Source: Azolla caroliniana (Eukaryota; Plantae; Polypodiophyta). Taken from it: a stretch of DNA of 64,000 nt. Location of the stretch: positions 7,750,001 to 7,814,000 of the forward strand of contig JBHGNT010000021.1 in assembly GCA_043228905.1 (NCBI GenBank), written 5' to 3'. Below, one piece after another: positions 48,168-60,831 of this stretch; the first letter of the stretch is position 1; each line of letters opens with the position of its first letter. Made by a program: the position numbers and the translations under genes. The notes under the pieces are model-generated. The model made no database searches, had not been told where the DNA came from, and saw nothing but the letters and a program-made list of their open reading frames with translations.

Positions 48168-51100
48168 AGCGGACTATTGAAGCATGGGGCACAAATAGTC
48201 CGAGCAATCACAAGACCCCAAAAGAAAGAAGAGTGCGTGGATGGCAAGGAGAAGCAACATGTGTCACACCTAGTGGCGCATGTAAACTAGTACTACCCGA
48301 CAAGAAGCACAAGCACCGGATACAAGAATTCGAGAAGATGCTGAAAGAAGAGAACATAATAGAAGAAGGAGAGTTCGTGACTCATATTATGGAAGAAGCC
48401 TCATTTAACGACACCATCGGCGAAATCGAGGACGTTGTGGACTTGAGCTATCTTCACAATCAACGCGTGATTTCGGTTAACTCCGTCAACATGTACGCTA
48501 TCATCGATGAATACCGTCGTGGCATCTCGATGAAGGAAGCTGACATCAACACCAAATATAAAATGGTGGATAAGAAGATCAAGCCAGTTGCAGTTCCGCT
48601 ACCGGAAGATAGCTGGCAAAAGATGAAGGAAGTCGCTAACGATCCAAGCTTAAGAGATCCGAAGAAGATAGGTCATGACTTCACCAAAGAGACGAAGGGG
48701 AAGCTACGAGTTGGAAAGGAGGATTTCCTTCTCCCTGAAGAGGAGCGAATGTTTCGCGATATGCTTGAGAGACATGGGAAGGCTTTCGCATTCTTCCCAC
48801 GAGAAATCGGATGCGCCGACCCAAAGGTTATAGAGCCAATGGTGATCTTCACGGTGCCTCATGTGCCTTGGAATTTGAAACCGATACCGGTTCCGAGAGC
48901 ACACCTTCCGAAGCTGATCGAGCTCTTAAAGGAGAAGGTGAGTATGGGAATTCTAGAACCGTCGAATGCTCCTTATTCCAATAGGTGGTTCACGGTGCCG
49001 AAAAAGAATGGATCATTGCGATTCATCCAAGATCTTCAACCCGTCAACAAGGTGACAATTCGAAATGCCGGAATCGGTCCGAGCGTGGACGAATTTGCCG
49101 AAGCGTTTGCGGGCCGGTTCATCTACTCCATTGGCGATCTCTACTCCGGATATGACCAATTCCAGTTGGCGATCGACAGTCGGGACATTACAACCATGAG
49201 GACTCCGATCGGGCTTGTGCGGATGTGTACCTTACCCCAAGGCGCAACGAACTCGGTGGCTCATATGGTGAATGCCATGAATAAAGTCTTGAAGGATTGC
49301 ATTCCGGACATCACGATGCCATTCTTGGATGATATTCCGATAAAAGGATGTTCGGATGAGGAGAAAGATGAATCGAAAGATAAGGAAGGTTGTAGAAAGT
49401 TCGTTGCGGATCATATGAAAGATTGCGAGAAGGTGCTTCAAAGGCTCGAAGATGCGAATTTGACATTTTCGGGAGAAAAATCCGCATTCGGGCAACCGGA
49501 GATCTTGGTGGTAGGTCACTTGTGTGGAGCATACGGCCGGAAGCCCTCGCCATCCAAAGTGAACGCAATCCAAGACATGAAAGAAGAATGCGAAAACCAA
49601 ACGGAGGTTCGAAGGTTCCTTGGAGCGTGCTCGTTTTATCATATATGGATTCCTCACTACGCTCATGTCGCCGAACCGTTATATGGACTACTAAAGAAAA
49701 GAATAAAGTTCGAATGGCGAGACGAGCACACAGAGGCGATGCGAAGATTAAAGAAACTGCTTCTTGAAGCTCCGGCACTAAGGAAGGCCGACTATGCCGA
49801 AGGGAAACCAATTTACGTGACCGTAGATACGAGCCCAACCGGAATCGGGTCGGTCATCAATCAAGAAGGTGAAGATAATGCGCGATATGCCGTCTGGTTC
49901 GGAGCAAAGGTTCTCAGCGAACGACAACAAAGATATGCCCAAGTCAAGCGGGAACTTTGGGGTATTGTGTCGGCAGTGAAGACGGACAAAGATTACCTGA
50001 TCGGGTCAGAAGTGATAATAGAAATAGATTGTCTCCCAATTCTCGGAATGATCTCGGGATGTGCGACCCCAGATCTTGCTATGCTAAGGTGGATCGCCTA
50101 CATCAAGTCTTTAAACCCAGAGATCCGTCACATCGCAGGGAAGAAGAACGCCATGGCTGACATGTTGTCGAGGGCAAGATTTTCAAATGGAAGTAACATG
50201 GTTTCGAAAGATGAAGATGTCGCCCTCAACTTCTTCAAGATGGCTCGATTGTCGGCGGAAGACCAGGGCACGCAAACCCTCCACGCCTTCAACGAGAACG
50301 AGTACGAAGGAGAATGGTTACTCATCGGTAGATTCCTAAGAACATTGACGACAGATGCTTTGTTGACAAAGGAGGAGGCCGTACGAATCCGAAAGAAAGC
50401 TTATCGATACTTCTTGAAGGGAGGATTCCTTTGAAAAAAAAGGACATGAATACCACGTCGAGTGGTGGTAAAGAAAGAAGAGCAAGAGACGTTGATGACC
50501 GAATTCCACGAGAGTGCTTGGGCAGGTCATAGAGGAACATGGGCGACGTTCGAAAAATTGAAGGAGAAGTATTGGTGGCCAAGCATGTACAAAGATGTAC
50601 TCCATTTCGTGTCCACATGTGAAACTTGCCAAATATATTCAAATATACGTCATCGTGATGAGTTAAAGCCGACATACCCACTCACCATTCACTTCAAATG
50701 GATGGTGGATCTGGTCTCGATGCCAATGGGAGTGGGACAAATGAAGTACTTAGCGCTCGCAAGGGAAGACTTGACAAATCAAGTGGAAGGACGAGCCTTG
50801 ACAAATAAGACGACTTCAGCCGTTTGTAAATTTTTACTTGAAGATGTTGTTTGCCAATATGGATGTGTAGGGAAGATAGTGGCCGACCGAGGGGAGTTGG
50901 ACGCACACGAAGCGACGAAGCTCTTCGAAAGACTAGGCGTGAAGCTCTCCCTCACGACTGCCTACAATCCGGAAGCAAATGGGAAGATTGAGCGAGGGCA
51001 TGGACCTATCGTTAAAGCCATCGTACGAGCATGCAACGGTCGAGTCGGGAATTGGCCACGACTATTACCCTATGCCTTGTGGGCCGATAGAACGACACAT

Positions 51101-51643
51101 AGCTCGGTGACAGGGTATATGCCGACGGAGCTTATGTATGGACAAAAGCCGATTATGCCCATCGAAAGGACGATCGCCTCATGGGTAGCGATACCGTGGG
51201 AGAACGAGATGAGTCGAGAAGAGTTATTAGCGGCGCGGATAAGGAAACTTGAAAGAAGACCTGAAGATTTAGAAAAAGCGCGAAAGATGATGAAGGCAGC
51301 CCGAGTAAAGAACAAAGTTCGGTTCGACAACACGCATCGACTTCTTCCCAAGAAGATTGAAGAAGGGGATTGGGTTTTGGTTTACGATAGCACCCTTGAC
51401 AATCAACATAGTACAACAAGGAAGTTCGCAAGAAGATGGTTCGGGCCGTATGTGGTGACAAGTGCCAACGATAATGCCACATACCACCTTGCGGAACTAG
51501 ACGGATCAAGGTTGGCCGTACCCATTGCGGGAAAAAGAGTAAAACTTTTCAAGAAAAGACAAGACAAGGATCCTGACCTCGATTACCTCGACGATGAACA
51601 TAATAGGCCGGATGAAAATGAAGACATGGAGGAATCTAATTGA
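48158..51643 (+). pseudogene. pol: W4 pol (RT-RNase H-integrase, no chromodomain), one in-frame stop at 50432-50434
   Basis: DLYSGYDQ, LPQGATNS, PFLDDIPIKG, VDTSP, ELWG, HHCC, VDLVSMP, ADRGE, NGKIER, WFGPY. Confidence 0.92.
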
Positions 51644-51716
51644 TCATCATAGCCGAAATCTCACTTCTTCTCTTCTTGGCACGTACCGGAGGACGTGCGG
51701 TTTGGTGGGGGTGGAT

Positions 51717-54700
51717 TGTCGAATACTGGTATCAGAGCCTGCACAGTATTCGGTCCTTCAATCCGCTGTCGGACGTCGTCTCAGCCTGCACAGCATTCGG
51801 TTTCCTGTGTCATTCGAAGAAGAGAGAAGAAAAAAAAAAAAAAAACGAGGCTTGCATCTCATCGCGTTAGATCATCTTCGCTTGTTGTAAGCCAGCCGGT
51901 TGTACTCTGTTTCTTGTGATCGTAACCGCTCGAGGTGAAATCCCCTTGTGCAACATTGACATGATCGTGCTCCACTCGGTTAAACGGCATCCGAAGAGGT
52001 CATCAAACGCTGCTCGCCGCTCATTGTAACCACTCGGTGCAGATCGGTCTCAAGACAACAACCCCAATTCGTGCTTCATCCGGCTGATCGACATTCGAGA
52101 GGATCAGTTGGATCCGTCTCTCTCGTCGCTGCAGTCACCCGAAGCAGAATCGGTCCAAACAATCGGATTCAATAATCGGTATTTGGCATATATATTCGGA
52201 AGCGAACCGGGCTCACTCCGACTCGGCAACATTCGGGAAGACCAGTCGGTTCTGTCCCTCAAGTTACCGGAGTCAATTCGAGCAAGTTCAACAATACATA
52301 TATCCGAAGCCGAACCGACTCGGGTTCAAATCCGACTAGAACGATACCGGGTGAGCCAACCGGCTGCACTCCAACAAGGTTCGTAGTCAACTCCGAACCG
52401 AGCCTCGTCAACCGAAACCAAATTTGATGGCATCAACATCCGGCTCGTCAGAAATGAGTCAACGAAAGTTCGATGGATCGAACTTCAACTTCTGGAAGGA
52501 GCAAATGCAGGACTATCTCATAGTCAAGGGGCAAATCGATCCCATCGAAAATGAAGAACCTCCAGAAGGATACAAACCAATTGAGTGGCAGAAGCTGGAC
52601 AGAATCGTCCGCGCCACGATTCGGATGCACCTATCGGAATCGGTATACTTTACGGTGCAATCGTGTACGACAGCATTCGAACTGTGGAAAACACTGTCGG
52701 ACACCTACGAAAAGAAGGTCGCTGCAACGAAGATGTTTCTGATCCGGCGCCTCTACAACTTGCGGATGAAAGAATCCGATTCGGTTCAAGCACACCTCAA
52801 TGAGTACGAAAGCATAAGCTCCCAAATCTCGTCACAGGGGACGGCAATCGAGGATGAACTCAGAGCAATGATACTCATGAGCAGCCTTCCCTCATCATGG
52901 GAAACTTTCGTCACAACCGTGTGCAACGCGTCAACCACGGCTGTTAAATACTCCGAAGTCACGAGCGCAATCCTGACCCAAGCAGCTCGGAGAAAGTCTT
53001 TCGCCAAAGACTCAACAGACGACGCTTACGTAGTACAAGGTTCGACAGACCGATCGAACATACGAGGAAGAGATTCCTCACGGTCGCCGAACAATCAGCG
53101 AAGACGGAGCCAGTCACGGGATAATTGAATCTGCAACTATTGCAAGAAACCCGGACACATCAAAGCCGACTGCCGTGCACTCAAGAACAAGAACGACAAG
53201 TCTCAGAGATTAGACAAGAAGAGTGGCCGGCATGAGGAGATCAATTACGTCAGCTTCTCAGCTGATGTGCTACCAAACGACCCGAATATACTATCAATCG
53301 AAAATCCAGTCGGATCAGAAGTTCTGCTCACGACTGAAGAATCGAGCACATGGCTCTTAGATTCGGGCGCGTCATTTCACGTGACTCCTCATCGATCCCA
53401 ATTTCGGCAATATACGATCCGTCACTCCGACTCAGTTCGAGTCGGTAACTCGCAACACTGTGACATCATTGGAATCGGCACAGTAGAGCTCAACTTTGCA
53501 GGTGGCTCTACACTTGTACTTCACAATGTCCGACATGTACCCGAGCTCTCAAGGCCATTGATCTCAGTCGGACAACTAGATGAAGACGGCATTCGTGCCG
53601 GTTTTTCTTCGGGAGGGTGGACACTCCACAGGGGGAACCTCCTGCTTGCTAGAGGACCCAAGATACACTCACTGTATCCGTTACATGTTACGCTCAGAGA
53701 GGGTAACCTGTTTTTGGTGGATATTCCTGTGTCTTCACTATGGCACAGAAGATTAGGACACCTCAGCAAGGCCGGCATTACGCATCTATCTAGAGCCGGA
53801 TACATCCCTAAACTCTCCTTCTCCGACCATCAATTCTGCGAGCATTGCCAGTATGGCAAACAAGCAGCCGCATCACACCCGACATCAGCACCAAGAGAAA
53901 CGAGACCTCTCGATTTGGTCCACTCGGACGTCTGTGGCCCAATGCCGCATCAGTCTCTCGGCGGTGCCTCTTACTTCGTCAGTTTTATTGACGATTCGAC
54001 TCGAAAGGTGTGGGCTTATCCAATTCGCACCAAAGATCGTGTCTTCTCGATCTTCTCCGATTGGCTCGCTATGGTAGAAAATCAAACCGACCGAAAACTG
54101 AAATGCTTTCGGACCGACAATGGGGGAGAGTTCAAATCAGAAGAATTCGTCAAATTCTGCCGACAACGCGGCATCCGACGTGAATTTACGACACCACACA
54201 GTCCGGAGCAAAACGGGATTGCCGAACGCATGAATCGGACAATCCAAGAACGGATAGTTTCCATGCTCCAACACTCCGGACTGTCAGATGGCTTCTGGGC
54301 AGAGGCTCTACTCACGACAGTACACATAATCAATATGTCGCCAAGCAGACCTCTAGGACTTCAAATTCCTCAGGAACTATGGATCGGCAGTAAGCCGAAT
54401 TACGACAAGCTGAGGATCTTCGGATGCGAGGCGTACGCCCTTATTCCGAAAGATGATCGCCGAAAACTTGCACCTCGGTCCAGGAAATGCATTTTCCTTG
54501 GATATGGATCCGACGGCGAAATGGGATACCGACTCTGGGATCCCGAACGCAGACAAATCGTCCGAAGTTCGGACATTGTGTTCAACGAGTCGGCTATGAA
54601 TCCATCAGTCAAAACACCGATTGAAGTCTGAAGGGTCACATTTTCCAATGTGCCGACCCTTCAAGAAGGCCCCGCTCTTAACACACGGTCAGCTTCACGG

Positions 54701-56950
54701 GTAGCTGAACCTTACACTACCGATTCGGACAACTCTGACTCGGCACAACAGCTTTCGGACCATCCGACCTCGATACCCGATGCGACCAGTCCAATCATAC
54801 CTCGACGATCCGAGAGACTGTCGCAACCTCCGGAGAGGTATTCTCCTGGAATTTTCTTCACCAACGCCGGCGAACCGACGTCTTACGAAGAAGCATCGAC
54901 ATCTGTCGATTCCGCCACCTGGCATCTGGCGATGGAGTCGGAAATGCACTCCATTCGGGCAAACAAGACTTGGGATCTGGTCGAATTACCTAGGAACCGA
55001 CGTGCTCTTCCTTGCAAGTGGGTTTATCGACTAAAAGAGACGTCTGATTCGACCACCCCAAAGTACAAGGCCAGATTAGTTGCGAAGGGCTTCCGACAAG
55101 AATATGGCGTCGACTTCGACGAGATTTTTTCACCAGTGGTGAAAATGACAACCCTTCGTTTTCTACTCGGCGTAGTGGCAGCCGACAACTTGGAGCTGAT
55201 TCAGCTAGATGTCAAAACAGCCTTCCTCCATGGTGATCTTGAAGAGGAAATTTATATGGAGCAGCCAAAAGGCTTCGTGGCAACTGGCCAAGAACATCTA
55301 GTCTGCCGACTCAGGAAGAGTCTATACGGCCTCAAACAGGCACCGCGACAATGGTACAAGAAGTTCGACGACTTCATCCAATCGATCGGCTTCTCAAAAA
55401 GCGATGAGGACCATTGTCTTTTTACCAACACAACTCAAGATGGATCACCCATCTTCCTCATCATTTACGTGGACGACATGCTAATTTCTGGACGCCACGC
55501 GGGCGAACTTGCCGATCTCATTCGGCAACTGCGGTTGAAGTTTGCCATGAAGGACCTCGGTCCGGCACGACACATACTTGGCATGAAGATTAGTCGGCAT
55601 CGCGATCAACGACATCTTTTTTTGTCTCAGACAGACTATATCGGACGTGTCTTGGAACGCTTCAACATGCAATCAGCCAAATCTGCTTCAACCCCGCTCC
55701 CCATGAATCTTCGGCTCTCTCAGCGAGACTGCCCGACATCCGGTCCGGAGGGGGAAGATATGAAGTCGGTACCGTATGCACCGGCAGTCGGCTCCCTTAT
55801 GTACCTGATGGTCGCGACACGGCCTGATATTTCTCATGCCGTAGGAGTCGTTAGCAGATTTATGCACAATCCTGGCCGATCGCATTGGAACGCAGTCAAG
55901 CATGTGTTCAAATATCTGGCTGGCACAAAAGACCACGGCATTCTTTTCGGTCCGAACTCAACTACAGGCGTAGTCGGTTACACCGACTCGGACTTCGCCA
56001 GTTGTATAGACAGTCGGAAATCAACAACTGGATACTGCTTCAAATTCGGCAATGGAGCAATTTCGTGGAAGTCGAAACTTCAGGAGTGCACAGCGACCTC
56101 AACGACCGAAGCAGAATATGTAGCTGCGTCCGACGCTGCAAAAGAAGCTTTGTGGCTCGGCCGGCTGGCGCACACGTTTCGACAAGTCGACCATGACTCG
56201 GCCCCAGTTGTCTATAGCGACAGTCAAGGTGCTGTTGCCTTGTCGAAAAATCCGGTTCACCACAACGCCTCCAAACATATCGACGTTCGATATCACTTCG
56301 TTCGGGACTGCGTCATTTCAGGGAAAATCGGTCTAGAGAAAATATCCACAACCGACAATGTCGCAGATGGAATGACCAAGTGTCTTTCGGCAGACCGCTT
56401 TCGGTCCCTTCGGCATCAGATGGGCGTAACGACAAACCAGTCCGGTTAGAGCCAGACACATCGCAGGATGGTTTCCGACAACCGACATCAGTTCCTTAAT
56501 GATCGGCTTCAACTCTTCCGACCCGACCAGTTCGGTCTTCTGCCTTCGGACCCTGCCGACTCGAACAAAACTGATATGTCCGAGAACCTAGGTTTATACC
56601 TGTAATCTTAGATAACCCATGTATACGCCCATTACGGGGGAGTGTCGAATACAAGTGTATAATGGACGTATTCACACTATCCCTTTGTATAGCTCAAGTT
56701 TGGGCCATTTGTGTAATTAGCATAAAGGGTAGTTGCCCTAAGTCGGTCACTATATATAGTGACCTTGTAACCTTTTTGTAAGGTTGGGTGTTGTATTATT
56801 TCTTCTATTGAATAGAAAGTCTTTTGTGCCTCACTCTCACTCTCTCTCTCTCTCTCTCTATGCAAGATCGTAGAAACTGTCATACGCAGGTACTCAGAAC
56901 AGAATCGAATGCTTCTTGATCTTCCGCATAGACGACCTTGATCTCCAACA
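51717..56950 (+). mobile_element. Ty1/Copia (Tork/Tnt1-like), TSD TGGAT, 5' LTR reduced to 10 bp
   Basis: TGTCGAATAC then PBS TGGTATCAGAGC at 51727; 3' LTR 56643-56950; TGGAT at 51712-51716 and 56951-56955. Confidence 0.92.
52424..56449 (+). pseudogene. Copia gag-pol in a single frame with two TGA stops (53126 and 54629)
   Basis: CNYCKKPGHIKADC, WLLDSGAS, LWHRRLGH, VHSDVCGP, RTDNGGEF, YVDDML, KHIDVRYH. Confidence 0.93.
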
Positions 56951-57499
56951 TGGATGTCGTGAAGATTTTCGGCAATAGTGTGAAAATCCTATAAAACGTA
57001 CGAAATCGAGTATGAATCACGTAGTACAATAATTGTGAAGATAACATTTTAAATAGATTTAATATCTAAGTACAAAATGATGGAGGTTTCGAATGCACTT
57101 TATTACACGAGAAACGGACAACTAAATGTCAAGATATGAGGGTATAAAGTTTGTAAAAGGAAAGGAGAAAATTGTGAGATATCCCACATAGGCACGACAA
57201 ATACAACTCTCATCATATATAAGGTGGAGCAAAAGATATTATCTTTGTGTCTATGTGTGGAGCATAGAGAGTTCAAGGTAACTTGAACTAAGAGTGGAGG
57301 TGGGCTAGCTACTCGTAAAGGGTTTTGGCCAACCAAAACCGGACCAGCGATGGAGCCGATGATTCGGCGACGGTGAGCCGACGGCATCCGGCACCGGTAT
57401 CTGACGACGGCATCCGCCCAACCGACGTCCGACGACGGCATCCGGCCAACCGGCGTCATAAATAAATAAATATATATACATATTTACATATACAAGGAG

Positions 57500-57562
57500 G
57501 GCGAGTAAGGATTCGATCCTTGCACCTCCAAGTTAGGAGTCAAATGGCTTACCATTAAGCCA
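57500..57562 (-). promoter_or_regulatory. Best-preserved tRNA-like A/B-box module (W4 3' LTR, antisense)
   Basis: TGGCTTAATGGTAAGCCATTTGACTCCTAACTTGGAGGTGCAAGGATCGAATCCTT, with D-arm-like and T-arm-like hairpins. Confidence 0.62.
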
Positions 57563-57954
57563 TGGTATTTAGTTGAAATTATATTTCTATCATTGTACTT
57601 TTACATGTAAATTCTCATACATGAGAGCTAAAATGAGTGACATGGTTAGCATGCACCACATGTAATACTTAAGCGCCAAATGGCAAACATGCAATTTATG
57701 CATGTCTTGTACCCTCACATGCATGAGAGCATCTATAAAAGAGGGAAGGGGGAGGAGAAAAAGGACGGTTTTTTTTATGAAAATTAAAAAGAAGAAATTC
57801 GTTATCAAATCAATCGTGTAATCTCATCTTCTCTCTTTCCCAATCTATCTTAAGTACTTTCTCGCCAAAGCTTGTATCGACTCTAAATCCTTCTGGTCCA
57901 GAACCCCGGCGGTTGCGCCTCACGATCCGCGCGTAGTGACGGATCTTCACGACA

Positions 57955-60505
57955 CCGTGGCTTGAATAAGGTTACAATCCGAAATAGGTATGCACTCCCC
58001 CTTATCTCAAGTCTTTTAAAGTGGATCAATGGTGCCAGGTTCTTCACGATGATCGACTTACGGGGAGCCTATAACCTCGTACGGATCCGACCAGGAGATG
58101 AATGGAAGACCGTGTTCCGCACCAGATATGGGCACTTCGAGTATACGGTCATGCCGTTCGGCCTCACTAATGCGCCAACAGTCTTCCAACACATGGCAAA
58201 TGATATTTTCCGAGATCTCTTGGATGTGTGTCTAATCATCTATTTGGATGATCTACTGGTTTACTCAAAGACCCAAGAAGAGCATGATTCTCATGTACTG
58301 TTAGTACTAAAACGACTTCGAGAACATGGTCTCTATGCAAAGCTGGAAAAATGTAGTTTCGGGTGCAACCAGGCGGAGTTTCTCAGCTATGTCATTTCCT
58401 CAGAAGGCATCTCCATGGACCCAGCTAAGGTCAAAATGGTGGTAGAATGGCAGTCTCCGCGTTTGGTGTGGGATGTGCAATGCTTTCTAGGCTTTGCCAA
58501 TTTTTATCGGAAGTTTATAAAGGATTACTCAAAGCTCATTTTGCCTCTTACACAACTTACTAGGAAGGGACAATCGTTCGTTTGGTCTGAAGAAGCGGAC
58601 ATGGCTTTTGAGAATCTTAAACAGGCATTTACATCGGCTCCGATTCTAGCTCAGGCTATAGTGGACTCTTTTATGCAATGGAGGCATTTTCTAGAGGGAT
58701 CTTCTCATCAAGTCATTGTATTCAGTGATCACAAAAACCTCACCTATTTTCAAGACGCTCGTGTGTTAAATCGACATCAAGCTCGGTGGGCCCATTTTCT
58801 CACGCGTTTCGACTTCAAGATTACATATCGACCTGGGAAACATCAAGGGAAAGCAGATGCATTATCACGACGTTCGTACCTAGCACCGCGTCTTGGCGAG
58901 CCAGCTTTCGATAACCAAAAGCAAGTAATCTTGGGACCGGCACGACTACAAGCAACACAGGTCTTTGGCATGCCCATGGATTCCCACGTTATCAATATCA
59001 TACGTGCGGACCTGAAGACAGATGCTTTCACCCAAGCTATACTAGCACAAATTGATCCCTCTTGAGCGTTGTGTTCACAATTGCAACCACCAGGTACGGA
59101 CTATCGGCAATTCAAATACCATGATGGATTACTCTTCTTTAAAGAACTTTTGTATGTTCCTAATGGTTCTTGCCGCCTTCAAGTAGTACAAAATTGTGAT
59201 GTACAGCTGGACATTTTGGTAGTACTAAAACATTACATTTAGTACAACGATCATTCTGGTGGCCCCGTATGCGACAATTTGTCGAAGATTTTGTTCGGAC
59301 TTGTGACACATGCTGCAGAGCGAAAATGCCAAGGCATCATCCATATGGTTTATTAGAACCATTACCAATTCCAAGCAAGCCGTGGCAATCCATTGCTCTA
59401 GACTTCATCACAGATCTTCCAGTCTCTAAGGGGTTCAATGCGATTCTAACAGTGGTAGATCGATATATGAAGATGGCTCATTTTTTGCCATGTACTAAGG
59501 AAATCTCCAATGAAAACACTGCCAAAATTGTCATGCGTGAAGTATGTCGGCATCATGGACTTCCCGATAGTATCGTCAGTGATCGTGGACCCCAGTTCGT
59601 GTCAAAATTCTGGAAGCACCTTTTTAAAATGCTCAAGGTCACTTGTAACCTCTCCTCCGGCTACCACCCACAAATCGACGGCCAAGCCGAATGAACAAAT
59701 CAAACGCTGGAGCAGTACCTGCGGTGCTTTCTCAGCTATCATCAGGATGACTGGGCATATATTCTCCACTTCGCCGAATTTGCCTATAATAACTCTATCC
59801 ACGCATCGACTAAAGTTATGCCATTTTATGCTTTTACGGGATGTCACCCCTGGTGGTGTGTACTTGAAACCCTCAGAGGTGTTCACAAATCCTTGCGTGG
59901 AGGATCGTTTGGAGCGGTTACGCAAGATACAAGCGGATTTATCTACTCATCTCCAACAAGCTCAGCAAACACACAAGGTTTATGTGGATCGTCATCGACT
60001 CCCATCCAGTTTTAACATTGGAGATCGGGTATGGCTACTTCGATGACACATCAAGACTACTCGCCCATGCGAGAAGTTGGATTATCGGCGATTAGGTCCT
60101 TTCCGTATCATAGGAAAGATTAATGATGTCGCTTTTCGTCTCGATCTACCTCCACAACTTCGGATACATCCGGTGTTTCATAGTTCTCTCCTTGAACCCT
60201 ATCAAGAGAGCACCATCCCAGGACATATTACACAGCCTCCACCCCCGATCGAGCTTGAAGATGGACCTGAGTACGAGGTTGCCGCCATCCTTGATTCCAA
60301 GATTTTTCGCAACAAGCTCTACTATCTAGTCGATTGGCTAGGATATAGTCCCAGTGAGCGTACTTGGGAACTGATAGAGAATTTCACCAATGCTCGTGCT
60401 CTTCTTGAAGACTTCCATCATCAATATCCAGACAAACCGGGTCCTCAATCCAAAACGACTCGTTACACTCGTCGTTTTAAAGGGGGGGATAGTGTCATGA
60501 TATGA
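57955..60505 (+). pseudogene. pol: T5 RT-RH-IN-chromodomain, degenerate
   Basis: ORFs 57962-59065, 59269-59694 and 60077-60505 closely match T3 Pol; deletion in RNase H. Confidence 0.9.
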
Positions 60506-60831
60506 CAAGACTCGAACCCATGACCTTATGCTACATGGGTCGAGCTCTTGATGTATATTCCAGATTTCTCTGGAACATTCTAGAAACTTCAAGAGTATTC
60601 CTTAGAACACTATAAAAGGAGGCACGAGGCATTATTTCGAACCAAATCGGTTCAACGCCAGTCTTAAGCCTCCTAGCTACTACTGTACATTCTCTTCACA
60701 TAATATATATATTTTCGTATCATCTCTCTCTCTCTCTCTCTCCCTCCCTCTCACTCACTCTTTCCTTCTCTCGAGAGTTCTCTACCTCTCTTAGTACTAA
60801 ATTCTTCTCTATCTTAGTACTGTTCCTGACA

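Larger units (their letters stand above)
44905..57954 (+). mobile_element. Full-length family-W Gypsy W4, 4-bp TSD CCGT, with a Copia at its PPT/LTR junction
   Basis: LTRs 44905-45901 and 56955-57954; PBS 45910-45926; CCGT at 44901-44904 and 57955-57958. Confidence 0.94.
39735..60831 (+). mobile_element. Tcn1-like chromovirus T5, TSD TTAAC, with two family-W insertions
   Basis: LTRs 39735-40147 and 60493-60831; TTAAC at 39730-39734 and 60832-60836; coding pieces 40243-40976, 44336-44904 and 57955-60492; gag-to-PR deletion near 40886. Confidence 0.92.

Noticed and set aside
53126-53128. Programmed stop readthrough in the Copia gag-pol
   Set aside because: The stop falls before the zinc knuckle and a second TGA occurs at 54629. 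Both are more simply explained as CGA>TGA methyl-CpG decay.
57495-57570. Possible tRNA-Arg(CCT) gene on the minus strand
   Set aside because: Acceptor and anticodon stems do not pair and T54 is A. It is treated as a tRNA-like promoter module within an LTR, not a tRNA gene.
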